Below, piece after piece: positions 36,001-46,963 of a stretch of DNA of 64,000 nucleotides. Within the stretch, counting starts at the first letter, position 1. Every line of letters begins with the position of its first letter. Made by a program: the position numbers and the translations under genes. Under the pieces are notes generated by a model. The model was not told the DNA's origin. It made no database searches and worked only from the letters and a program-made list of their open reading frames with translations. Location: NCBI GenBank assembly GCA_021613535.1, contig CP075493.1, positions 16,678,001 through 16,742,000 on the forward strand, read 5' to 3'. The DNA is from Adineta vaga (lineage: Eukaryota; Animalia; Rotifera).

Positions 36001-36275
36001 ATGTCATCATGCGTCATGATTACATGATGCAAGAGATAGAAGATATCATATACATCTGACATCATGAGTCATGATAACATATGAACATTTGACATGTGTC
36101 ATATGATTGAACTGATGCAATGTTTTTCATATTAACAGTTTGGAAAAGTAGCACGAAGTTAGGCATGGGCGTTGGCTTTGGAGACAGCGGACGACGAGTT
36201 GTTGTTGTAGCACAATATAGTCCTGGTGGTAATATGATGGGTGCATTTCCAAAAAATGTCCCACCTCCTCGTTAA
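30049..36275 (+). CDS. Helical domain + ZZ zinc finger + CAP/SCP (GAPR-1-like) protein, interrupted by an LTR retrotransposon
   Basis: Exons ~30049..30793, 30848..31330, 31390..31488 + 36143..36275. ZZ motif CDGC...[16 protein letters not shown]; CAP motifs [20 protein letters not shown]|WKSS...[10 protein letters not shown]. Confidence 0.85.
31489..31817 (-). repeat. 3' LTR
   Basis: Direct repeat of 35809..36137; preceded on the minus strand by the purine tract AAAGGCAGAGG. Confidence 0.97.
31836..34463 (-). CDS. pol: pol (RT, RNase H, integrase)
   Basis: [23 protein letters not shown]...CKIC, SDNGPPF, NGIAER. Confidence 0.95.
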   Translation of the reverse strand: MYKVKAHIQLVPNAVPKFFKPRPLPFAYLDGVKEEIQRNVTNGILEKIDISQWAAPIVPVRKPSGKIRICGDFKVTINSQMLVDQHPIPPIDELLTRLNNGEKFTKLDLTDAYLQVELDSSKELVVINTPLGLFKYNRMPFGISNAPAIFQRIVDQVLAGVPNSIAYLDDILITGKDEKEHLETLDLVLAKLADFGLRCNMEKCSFFQDEVVYLGYIINSSGKQPDPTRVVAIKNLPTPTDVKQVEAFIGKINYYGKFIANFSHLCAPLNRLRQNNVKWKWDSSCQKAFDTLKKQLEETTMLVHFDQKLPLILATDASSYGIGAVLMHRYADGTEKPIAHASKTLNPAERNYSQIEKEALSIVYGIRKFHQYLAAKSFELVTDHRPLLAIFNPAKGISITTANRLSRWSIALMGYNYTIRYKPTQQHGNADGLSRLPAGEDKSFVDDESVQVNRIQAQVIEDGPVDSKKIQAAVAADEHLHLIKNFLLNTWPKSMSKKNNPDLFPYFTIRKSLSVAHGCILKDTQVVIPKSLRHRVIQMIHRGHLGVIKMKQLARVHCWWPKMEMDIENMAKSCKICAAAAPKPKEDFKPWPEPEHNWSRVHMDFLGPLWNSKWLVMVDAKSKFPFVADMGNDTSAKNLYNVLEQAIDWLGPPTTLVSDNGPPFTSFEMNEFYNKYGIQSITTAPYHPPSNGIAERFVRSFKEGMIKEQQSGQTNKSVALRNVLRTYRWTPHTTTGIAPAEAPFQRPIRTDLARLHPNLTKSKPTQISKYDLEQEIWVMNHKQNKKFEWKSGVIKKRIGSMMYQIELQNGHTCVRHQNQLRLRQEPDNQSIDLDALPDDLLNYNNPTTSDQQQAPQQSPRYPRRQRRPPDRYAPS
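34376..35746 (-). CDS. gag: gag-protease
   Basis: Two CCHC knuckles ([28 protein letters not shown]) and aspartic protease motif VDTGS. Confidence 0.93.
   Translation of the reverse strand: MTTAATNFSTIPALHSFDHRNSTWQSYRDRINFYFRANKIVDNDDKKALFLWSVGDSTYGLLESLMAPALLTDEYVKFVDLIKKLDSHYDATRNIMTATYEFYSCHQKPGQPFSEWKAELCEKMRHCGFNSSKLKDRPQDRALRDAYVIGVNNPKIRQALLKEEDPDLAAAERIIQVAERLEQDVRQFNTSNNTNLPIVAKLQQKKSTSQYPSPNGKSSSATTSDSCQSCGSTAHPRSECKYRTFTCNFCKRTGHLERVCQKKKNGKYIPKQNSTTHQLKRVKWNKSNSTQLSMSLRINGQDFTLDVDTGSDHTIISTNDWKQLGSPTIRTTSLKLECYSGKQLDIQGECDVHVHYNKQVFNLTMVVIKRTGTPLLGLRWISSMKIDLNGLLYGTNGTSQQVNKVYSQVKLNEILNKHKQVFNKDLGHCTKSKHIYNWFPMLYRNSSNHVLYHSHI
35797..35806 (-). promoter_or_regulatory. Primer-binding site, probably tRNA-Ser
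   Basis: TGGCGACGAG two nt inside the 5' LTR, complementary to a tRNA 3' end ...CUCGUCGCCA. Confidence 0.8.
35809..36137 (-). repeat. 5' LTR
   Basis: Direct repeat of 31489..31817, followed on the minus strand by the PBS. Confidence 0.97.
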
Positions 36276-37094
36276 ACTTAATTTTTGAAAAGAAAACTGT
36301 GACTTATTGAATAACTGATTTAAACGTTTTTCATTGCTACTATTCTATTGCATTAATCATATAGCATTAATTCTGGAAAAAAAAATGTAGTTAGTTGTTT
36401 TTCATAGAATTCTTTTTTAGACAGATATTAGTAAACAATTAACTAATAAAGTTGGAAAATGATTTATATTCCTATTCATTATAAAGCCTAGAGATAGACA
36501 ACTAGCAAAATACGAGATCAGTTAAAGCACCACAAGAATGAATAAACATGTTCTATTTAAATAAAAAGCATTATAAACCAAAGAATATTTAGACATACAG
36601 TAGTTGACTAAAAGATCGATGCAATAGCTATAGTGAATCGGTCAATCTATAAAAAAAACAAAAATTTACTTACAGAGTAGTACCAAGTATATTTGAAATT
36701 AAATGGAAATAACTGGAAACCTAATTTGTTCATTACTAAAATTCAAAACAGTTGATGTATACTTCACAAAAGTTCCATATAGAAATGTTTGAGTAAGTAT
36801 TTAGTCTAAAGGATTTTACTCCATAGGAAATTTTATTAGAAAAATATTAGAAAATTTTCAAAATTCGAAAGTTTTAACAGTTATATTGAGACCAGAGATC
36901 ATCGAACAAAATTTTGAGTAAATAGAGAAAGAAAAGAAAACAATAACATTTGTCACATGTGTGTAAAGCAACCATCTTTTTAACAAGTTTTTTTCCTTTC
37001 GTATTCTTCTTTTACCACTTAATTCAGATAAAAAATACCCAGAAAAAAATTGTTCTTACTTTTCAGAATAACAGTGTTAGAATACGTTTATAAT

Positions 37095-37625
37095 ATGTCT
37101 AGTATTTCACCAGAAATTCGTAATTATTTCAAATTAGAACTTTTATTAAAACGTTCATCAGATTCAGTTCGTACATTGTTTAAAAATCGTTACTTTCAAT
37201 TTACTGGAGGTCAATTATGGGATGATACATCGATATGTGGAACAAATTATTTTACGAATGTTATTCAAAAAAATAAAAAAATCAATTTAACACCGGTTCA
37301 AAAAGCCTCTATTATGAACGGAAATCTAGATGAATGCAATTTAAGTACATTAATTAATCTTTCATTATATAATAATCGTCCGACAACATTGAATCCAACT
37401 GAAACACAACAGCTTGATGAAGAAAATCAATTTTTAGCACAATTGAGAGATATCCAAAATAAGATTGCACATTGTACATCAATATCGTATAGTGATAATG
37501 AATTTAATCAATTGTGGACTGATTTAAAAAAAATTCTAGTTTCATTTGGTGACGATGATACGGAAATAGATAAACTGAAAGAAGACAGTATTTTTTTATC
37601 ACCAACTCAGGAAATTAGGCTGTGA
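37095..37625 (+). pseudogene. HEPN-like (DZIP3-type) N-terminal domain, apparently 3' truncated
   Basis: LRDIQNKIAH (degenerate RNxxAH), EFNQLWTDL; the reading frame runs directly into the palindrome at 37618 and stops. Confidence 0.6.
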
Positions 37626-37707
37626 GTATAGGTAGGAGATATTTATAGCTGCTCTTACCATTCACTCAGCCCCAACAACAACTAGACCCACGCCCACACC
37701 CTCAAGA
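37618..37707. repeat. Telomere-like palindrome family
   Basis: GGCTGTGAGTATAGGTAGG ... GACCCACGCCCACACCCTCAAGA. Confidence 0.8.
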
Positions 37708-38075
37708 TTTAAAGAACATTCTACTATATACTTATCGAATTAACATTATTTATTGTTCTTTGCGCAGCGAAATTTTTCCTTTCTAGTTTCAATGTTATTC
37801 AAGTGAATGAAATAAATCTATATGTTACAAGTCTTCAATAAAAAATAAAATTTTTTTTTAAGTGGGTACGGGTTTTCTTTATTCGAAAAAAAACTTGTGC
37901 TTACTTGTAATGAATCAAACGGAAGAAGACCACGCGTACGCAGTCAAAGCAGAATGCAAAAAACATGATAAAAAAGTGATATTTTGTTTTTTCTTCTCCT
38001 CTCGTACAATCGAAAACCGATCACATTGATTCATCGTACTGAGTACATATTTGGTATTTTCTGTTTAGTACAACT

Positions 38076-38716
38076 ATGACTCTGGAGGAAGTACAATGCA
38101 TAAAATGTGGCGTACACGGTGCTTCATTTGTTCGTATGATTTTGAAGCAACAAATGATAAACAACTAGTAGAAGTAAATAGTTCTGAAGTATTTTGTGAG
38201 AAATCCATTAATCTATAGTATCGAAGACTAAGTGTGGATAATGTTGTACTTTCAATTTGGTCTCCAACTACACCCATGCATATTCTTCATGATTGTTTTC
38301 GATCTCTATCAGCAATATCGGAAATGACCTTAAAGCTTGCAATTGGGATTTTTTCTGAAAGTGTTGCATGGCTTAAACGCCTTATTAAAGATACTATTCC
38401 GTCCGTATTAATGACAGACGACGGGCATCGCGTATATAAATTTGCTGCTGGTATTGATCGAACACCTATTTGGTATCATAAAAAAGAATCTTGGTTTTGG
38501 CCACCAGATTGGCCTCTTATTGAATGGATTCAATGCCCTCGTCTCAATGCTCTATTTGAACCATGGATAGGTCAAGCATCACGTGAAGACAATGTTTTTA
38601 TTATCCTTTTTTTGTATAAATATCAACCAGATCCTTTTCCTATACTGATCTCAAACTTAATCAAGATTTCCGTCGAAATGAACATTTTTATGACAGTAGT
38701 CGTCAGACAACAATAA
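38076..38716 (+). pseudogene. Unknown gene, probably disrupted
   Basis: 160-aa Trp/Pro-rich ORF without ATG, plus an upstream piece MTLEEVQCIKCG broken by stops. Confidence 0.35.
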
Positions 38717-38770
38717 ATTAATAAAAAAATTTCTTTTTTTTCTTTCTATAAAATATTTTAGATTATTTTA

Positions 38771-41276
38771 ATGGCTGATAAATTATTTTCAGTTGAAAAA
38801 GAAAATTTAGAAGATCTTACTGTTATATGGCTTGATGAAAATTCGCAAGATATTAATACGAAAACACGTTTACGTTGTATTATTAATTTTCTTAAAATAT
38901 TCACAGAACTTAATCTTTGTCTTAAATATATTCAATCAATACCTAATGAAAATATTTTTATTATTGTATCTGGTCAATTAAGTTCTTCATTAATTCCGTT
39001 AATTCGAGATTTACAACAGATTTTACATATTTATATTTTTTGTCTACATTTATAAAAATATTCTTTATTAAAAACAAGTGGAGTATTTGCTACTCAAGAA
39101 CTATTATATGATCAACTTTCGAAAGATGCTAATCAATTCTATGCAACTCATTCAACAGTAATATCATTTGCCACAGAAAAATCTTTACGCGATCTGACAA
39201 AAGAAACAGGGACTTTTTTTGGTTTCAGTTATTTATTACAGCACTTCTTGATATGCCACCATCTGATGAAGCAAAACAAGATCTTCTTAAAGTAGCTCGA
39301 ACATTCTATGCTGATAATGATCGTGAATTACGACGTATCGATGATTTTGATCAAAGATACAAGGCATCAGAAGCTTTAAATTGGTATTCTAGTGATTCAT
39401 TTGCTTATCGATTATTGAATAAGGCAATTCGTACAGAAAATATTGATCTTCTATTTGCTTGTCGATTTTTTATTGTGGATTTACATCGTCAACTTCATTC
39501 ATTAGATAGTCCATATATGGAACTTATTCGTTCTTGTGGTTTAGATATATATACAGTCTATCATGGTCAGTTGATGACTCTGGACGATTTTACTAAACTA
39601 CAAGCAAATGTTGGTAAATTAATATCAATTAATTCATTTCTATCAACAAGTATAGATTCTAAAGTAGCTTTAGTCTACGCAGGAGACAAAACAGCACATG
39701 CTAATATGGAGTCGGTACTTTTTCAAATTACAATTAACGTTACCGAAACATCACATGCATATCAACATCCATTTGCTGATATTTCGGCATATAGTCATTT
39801 CCAAGAAGAACAAGAAGTTCTATTTTCATTGGCAGCAATGTTTCGTATTGAAGATATTAGTGAACGAACGTGAGTTACCTTATCTTGTTTCATTAAATGA
39901 TAATCTTTATTGATTTAAATGATAGAGATAATGTGTGGCTGGTCAAAATGTTATTCGTTGAAAGTACGACGGAAACAGAAGAGATGCGTGAATTAAGTAA
40001 GCATTTGGGAACGCGCCAAAATCAAACGACGACCATGGCTGATCTTGCTTATCTTCTTTTTTTTATGGGCGATTATAGTCGTACGATATCTTTTTGTCAA
40101 AAACTTTTAAGTGAAGTTCGTGATAGCTGGTCTCTTACTATTCGTTGTTACAGTACAATGGGTCAAGCATATGAAAACCACCCGGAACTAGCATTACAAT
40201 CGTTTGAAAATGCGTTAGAACTTCAGTTACAATACAATCCGTCTGACTACAATAGTTTAGCGACAATGTATAATAATATGGGTTGGATTCATCGCCGACT
40301 TGAATCCGATGTACAAGTTGTAGTTAATTACTATGAAAGAGCCTTGCAAATGTGTACATCTGTTTCGGATAAGAATGAAATGGAGTGGTGTTTGATGGCT
40401 ACTATATTAAACAATCTAGTGACTACACGACCACACGGTCAGGGTGATTTAGCTCTGGAAAGAGAACGAACTGTTCTTGATATTCGATTGAAATACTTAC
40501 CATTATCGCATCCATTGGTGGCGGCTACGCATATAGTGCTTGCTCAAATTTATTCTGAGAGAGGTGAATATGAAGACGCATTAATACATTATGAGGAGGC
40601 ACTTCGTCTCAGACACAAATACTTGCCTAATGGCCATTCTTCAATTGTCAGCGTGTATCACGATATAGGTTTGCACAATTTGTATAAAGGAGATCATGAA
40701 ATGAATGCAGGGTACCACACGGCGTCCAGAACAAGTTATAAAAAATCACTGAAATTCAGTTCTGATGCATTCGATTTTCTGTTGTCTAGTGAATCATCCA
40801 TATCGACAAATTATAAGCTAATATGTCTTTGTATCAATACTTGCGGTGTTATCTGTGCTCGACTGAATCGATTTGATGAAGCAATCAAATACTTCGGTCT
40901 ACTAATCAACACCATCAAACAACACTTGCCTATTGATCATTCACTTCATGCCGCATTTTTAAGAAACAGGGGCAGTATTTTTACGTTACATGGTGATATG
41001 AACCGAGGTATGGAATACTATGAATGCGCAGTCAAATTTTGCGATCAAATTGGTTTAGAAAATTCTGCTGAAAAGGCTCAAGTTTACCTCAATATCGGAG
41101 AATGGTATGAGCTTTCCGGACAAAGAGATTTGGCTATTGAATACTATCAACATGCAATTCAACTTGGAACTGAATATTTAGGTAAAGGTCATCCACTTCT
41201 ATTGTGGTGTGCAAAAGGTTTAAAACGAATGAATTCAATAGCAGCAATGCTGCCTGAACAAGTTTCTTGGCTGTAA
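38771..41276 (+). pseudogene. ADP-ribosyltransferase-TPR gene with premature stop and frameshift
   Basis: VIWLDEN start; TAA at 39053-39055; frameshift in the T-run near 39215; VYHGQ/FLSTS/QEEQEVLF; intron from 39870; TPRs to 41276. Confidence 0.8.
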
Positions 41277-41519
41277 TAAACTAATTCGTTTTTATTTCAA
41301 ATAAAGAAAAGATAACTTCACTCAGACCCATAATTCCAGAAGTCATGCACGTGCAAGATAATTATGTGCAAGCAGTAAATTGAAATTGTAAATTATAGCA
41401 GTTTTTCACTTTTTTCAGACGATTGACCGAATTCATATCGATCTTAATGGCTGTTGAAAGTATAGTGCGTTGATTTGAGAGCAAGAAAGTCACTTTTACT
41501 GACTAATGCAGATGAATTC

Positions 41520-41997
41520 TACATAATTTTCTTGGATGGAAGACGAAGACCCTGGAAAATTTTTTCCGCGATCAGATAATAATCCATCGGTTTTTGATAA
41601 TAGCAAGTGCCTAAAATAAATATTCATAATGATTGATGACAATTTTTCAGTCAAGACCAGATCTATTAGATGATAGCCGTCCGCTCAAAATAATTAATAT
41701 CGCATCTGTCTATTAAAGGTCAATTTGCACAACGAATATGACAAATGCATATCTATGTTTCTTTACCGTGTTATCCCCATTCTGCTTGCATAAGATCTTC
41801 TAAAGGCATGATACAATAGAATCGTTTGGTAAATGTTGAATTGACTTGTGGTTCGTTACGGCAATTGCGTGGATTAGCACGAACTGACGAAGCTTTGGCT
41901 GCTTGAGACCATAATCCGTGAATGATCAATCCAAATGCAGCACTATTATAACATTGAAATTCTTTTGCACACATTGAACCGGACAACGAAGCACAGT
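41520..41997 (-). pseudogene. RNase T2 family fragment, 5' truncated
   Basis: YCASLS...IIHGLWSQ (CAS I, HGLWP-like), MQAEWG*HG (CAS II, EWxKHG with a stop); next exon TCYYQKPMDYY. Confidence 0.75.
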
Positions 41998-42050
41998 AGG
42001 GCGTGGGTGTGAGGGAGGACTAGTTAATCATCTACACCCACACCCACCCG
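41998..42050. repeat. Telomere-like palindrome family
   Basis: AGGGCGTGGGTGTGAG-GGAGGACTAGTTAATCAT-CTACACCCACACCCACCC. Confidence 0.85.
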
Positions 42051-42661
42051 CAATAAAAAATAAGGCAAAGCAGCACACTTTTTAACGCATTATTTTTTGC
42101 TTTGTTTCTGGGTGAATAGAGAAGAAAAGAAAAGAAAAAGGTAAGTATTTCATTCGAATATGTACGTATTAATATCGCCATAAAATTTGTCCTAATTGCT
42201 GCTAATGATCATTGTCATCAACGACAAGCATACATCGTCCGATATGTAGAGGCAAATTACAGGCATGGTTGTATTTATCTAACCTAAATACGAGGCACAA
42301 AAGTCAGTCAACCATACATAGTATGAAAATATACATTTGATTTCAACCATATTAAATAATATTTCATTATTACAAAAATCAAATTACAGATACGGTAACA
42401 AATAGCACCAAAAAAATAAAAGTGAATGCATCCGATGTTTTCGAATTTTCAGAATTGTCTATATCAACGAGCTATAGTGTGGTGAAAGTGTATTAATATT
42501 GTTTGAGAAAAACTTCCCGCGAAGGTAATTCAAGTGTTATTCTCATGGTGTCTCTTTTGATATTTTATATAAAAGGTTTTCGGCATACAGAACATTAAAC
42601 GACAAGCATAGTAAATTCTATTGTGATGCGATTCAACTCAACGGATCATTCTTTAGACAAG

Positions 42662-44868
42662 ATGAGCCTACGAACACGGTAAATAATAATTACACCAAAA
42701 ATCTTTCTGTCCTACATCTTAGAAGTCTTGAATTTTAGGTTTAAGCGTCTCGTTACGTTTAGAATGGCATGGGCCATTCGATGTATTTCCTTGGTCTTAC
42801 TTGTAGGATACGGTGTGATGATTTTAATTAGCTTCATATTCGTATTTTCATCAACGGAGAAAGATGATCAAAGCGTTTTAATTGATAGTTCAGGTATAGA
42901 GTCCGAGAACTAAACGTATTGTCATTTAGTTCTATTATTTTTTTCAAGTTTCGACTGTTTTTAATCTCAACTATCAGTCGACTCAATATATTAACGATTC
43001 GCTAGTCGTTTCAGATTTTTCAGGACTTGCAGAACAGGTAAAGACATACATATTGTTGCAAATGAATTTGACTAGTTTCGTTTAATTCAAAGATCGCCAG
43101 AGCATACAGCGTATCTGTTAATATAATACGCGTGCACTCGGCTAAATTCGTACAGAATCTCATTTTGTCTAAACAAAAGCGACAAACGTAAGTACCATTC
43201 TTTTTATCATTTGAACTTTTTCATACTCATGTAGGTCCTATTGTACTACCAGTTCATTCAATCTTCCAGTTTCTCGCCGTTTGTTCTAGTAAAGTCTTTT
43301 AAAACAGGTCTTTTTTATCAAGTTTAAAGAATCGTTGTATGTACATATCAAACTAATAGGAGTGTGTGGGTGTGAATGAGAGTGTGGATATTGGTTTGGT
43401 AGGTGGAGGTATTATATAGTGATATCGTCCCCACACCATCCTCATAATTTAGCATATAATGATAAAAAATTGTCATCCTTTCTTCTAACGTACTTGCTTC
43501 TATTTTAGCGTATTGGATCACAATCGATTGGTGGAGAAAAATGACGGTATATTCGTGGTTGAATGCCAAGTCAAATATCCGATTAGATGTGGCGGTTTGC
43601 AAATGTGTAATAATCGCTTCGGTTCTGTTGTATTAAGAACGATTAAATCAGGCCCATCAGAATTATCTTTGTCTATATCATTCACTGTAGGCTTCACATT
43701 GGATGTAGGACTCATATTTCTAGCAATAAACGAGACTTTCATCGAAACGCCAACAAACACAGCAAATGGTGCGTATTTACTATTTGTTTATAGTAGAGAA
43801 GCTTCATTTGAACAAGATGCATCTTCTTATTTTTTCTGCTGATTTCTTATCAGGACAACAATTATGTCTGGTTTTTGCATAGTTCCTCACATTTCAATTA
43901 ATATTCCAGACTGAAAATTTAGTGATTCATACACTCACAATTAAATGTATATTTCTATACATCTCATTTGTTTTCCATCGTGTGTCAAGAAATGTTTTGC
44001 TGCTTATAGAAAAACATCTCAGTGTGAAAATTAGGAAAATAATGTAGAGCCTATGTTGTAAAACACGATACTTCTTGCGACACATATCGTCGGTTACAGC
44101 ATATTTTATACGATTATGTACTTTATTTATGAGTCAATATTACTTGTGAGACACACTCTTGTATTGGAAAACCTCCCCTCTCCGCACCTTCTTTTGTTAT
44201 GATATAGCTACTCAACGAATGAAACATGTCTCAGAATACTTGTAAATCGTAGGACTGTGGGTACAAATTGTTTTTAAGAATCAAGAGTGAGGCGAAAAAT
44301 TGACAAAATAAATTTTGACAACAAAAATCTTCATGTAATATTCTATTGCGTAAACACTGGACATTGTTATCTATTTTTCACTAAACCGAATGAAGAGATT
44401 TATGTTATAATACAATTCTCTCAACTTCTCACAGAAGCTACAGTAGTTAATAAAATAATCAAAGATCAATGCAACTATTACGACATCTACAAAACTTACA
44501 ACAACTCCCGGTAAATAAATACTTTTCTCTGTAGTTTCCTTTAATTATCTATGGGATTATCTGTTGCATGGCTTTTCTCTATATATTATATATGTATTGT
44601 CGTGATGTTCTTGGAAAGGCAGGAAAAGATAAAGAAGCAAATGGACGTGAAGTCTCACATACCTTCTGATTATATTTCGCTCAGTCTGGTTCTGCCATTC
44701 TCATATTATGTTTTCAAAAATAGAATCAACTACCACATCACTAACAGCAATCGCAACAACAACATTAACAGCAACTACACAAATCATCACAACAACAATT
44801 GCAACAACATTAGCAACAACAATCACGATGACAACGACAACAATTCCCACAACAACAGTCTCGACGAT

Positions 44869-44918
<50 letters not shown>

Positions 44919-46745
44919 CGACAACGACAACGACAATAGCAAGTCGTAAGTGATAAGCCAAATTATTAATGCTTCATATAACTGTTAATACGATGATTAA
45001 TTTCACAAGATGTAGAAAAATTGTATTTGAAACTCTGAACCGCCTCAAAGCTAAATAACTAAGGCGAATTTATTACATAAAATACTTCGCGATACAAAAA
45101 TTAGTCTCTTTATAGCATCAACGTAATTTCAGCACATTAAGTTTAAGGAAAAATGAACTAATTGTTATTCTATTGCATCTTTTTCTTCACATTTGACAGC
45201 TAATAACGATGAATTACTTGTTGCATACAATGATGTTCTGTTTTAGCTCTGAAGTGTTTTTCGAGATTGATTTTTTATCATATTGAGATAGAACAGAGTT
45301 GCTAGTTCGATATTTTTCGACTTAATTTGTATGTATGGACTGGATTAGCGCGTCTTCCTATATGACTTGAGCGAAACTGAAAAGTCAACTTTTGAACTGG
45401 TCGACAAACGTTTACTGAGACTCCGTTAGTGATAATTCTGCGTTGCATAGAACAAAGAAAGGTCGATGATGTACAAGCAGTCCATCGATTCACTTTTTCA
45501 AACCATAAAACTACGACATTTAATGCTCGTTCAAAATGAAAGATACTTGTATAATTTCATCATTGAATAGAGAAAATATCAATATATAGAGCTTCATCAC
45601 ATCCAACAAATTTGTTTTTCGACTATTCGTATTCGATTTCTTAAGCCATCTCGACAGTAATCTTATAAGAATCAAGTTATAATTAACATTTATTGTTCGG
45701 ATAGCGTCCGTTGGATATATGATTTCAATAAAACACAATCCCGATTTATAAGACAACCCATGTTTTGTTATGTTATGAGTTCAGTACTACGCATGAAAAA
45801 TAGAAAAGTTTGTAAAATTTTGCAACCTACGAACATGACTGATTGATAGTTCATGCAAGTAAAATATATATTTTTAATAATTGTATGTCTCATCTAGGAT
45901 GGACAATTACAGGTAACATGGCTATTCAACAAACTTCGCTTAAAGCAACCATATTAACAAATGGAAATGTGTTAGTTATGGGTGGACGCAATACTGTTCC
46001 ACTGAATACTGCTGAATTATATGATTCATCATCGGGCACTTGGACAACTACACAAAATATGAGTATTACACGAAACAATCACGCAGCATCCATATTAACA
46101 AATGGAAATGTGTTAGTTACTGGTGGATATAATGGTGTTACGCACAGTAGTGCTGAATTATTTGATCCATCAACCAGTACTTGGACAAATACAGGAAGTA
46201 TGAATAATCAACGACATTTTCACACAGCATCCACACTGGCAAATGGAAAAGTTTTAGTTGCTGGTGGACGTTATGGTTTCAGTCTAAGTAGTGCAGAATT
46301 GTTCGATCCATTATTTGGTAACTGGACAATTATAGGAAGTATGACTACTACACGAGATCAGCACAAAGAATGTACATTAGCAAATGGAAAGGTGTTAGTT
46401 ACTGGTGGAAAGAATGATGCAAACAATGTTACCTATCTGAATAGTGCTGAATTGTTTGATCCACTATCAAATACTTGGACATCTACAGGAAACATGACTA
46501 TTGCACGATTGGGGCATACAGCAACCACATTAACGGATGGAAAAGTATTAGTTACTGGTGGATATGATGGTAGCTATCTAAACGGTGCTGAATTGTATGA
46601 TCCAGTATCAGGCACTTGGACAACTGCTTTAAGGTTGACTACCGCACGAGCTTATCACACAGCATCTCTATTAACAAATGGAAAAGTACTAGTAGCAGGT
46701 GGACAAAATTTAAACTATTTAGATAGTGCCGAACTGTTTCCATAA
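42662..46745 (+). CDS. Membrane-anchored kelch-repeat protein with Thr-rich stalk, ~9 exons
   Basis: Phase-compatible exons from ATG 42662: TM segment, exon 43509..43768, Thr-rich exon 44724..44945, six kelch repeats (HTASxLxNGKVLVxGG...AELYDP...W) from ~45899. Small exon ~44435..44510 seems to carry a 1-nt frameshift. Kelch exon is certain; the 5' linkage is inferred. Confidence 0.7.
43358..43444. repeat. Telomere-like palindrome family (intronic copy)
   Basis: AGGAGTGTGTGGGTGTGAATGAGAGTGTGG ... CCCCACACCATCCTCA. Confidence 0.75.
44869..44919 (+). repeat. (AAC)17 microsatellite encoding poly-Thr
   Basis: Direct reading; lies in the Thr-rich exon. Confidence 0.9.
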
Positions 46746-46963
46746 ACGTACTCTCTAAAATTAATTCGTGTCATAGAGAACTATTAAAAGTTTCAACGAA
46801 GATCCAGAACCTTTTAATTTTAAGGTTTCATTTGTTTATTAATAAATCATCACAAGGTTCCAGACATTTTGAGGAACCCTGTGAAATAAAAAATGATTTC
46901 AGAGATTTAAAGATGAATGTAACTTCTTCGTTCCACATCATATAGTCAGTAATATCATATTGA

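Larger units (their letters stand above)
31489..36137 (-). mobile_element. Full-length Ty3/gypsy LTR retrotransposon, Mag-like
   Basis: 329-bp TG...CA LTRs, identical by eye; 5-bp TSD GTTTG (31484-31488, 36138-36142); PBS and PPT (31818..31828); domain order gag-PR-RT-RH-IN. Confidence 0.97.

Noticed and set aside
43518-43760. Minus-strand FG-GAP-like motif ([16 protein letters not shown])
   Set aside because: The plus strand here is a phase-compatible exon (43509..43768) of the kelch gene; the antisense motif is probably chance.
44551-44961. Poly-Asn and poly-Val ORFs
   Set aside because: Alternative frames of the (AAC)n tract; the splice sites fit the poly-Thr frame.
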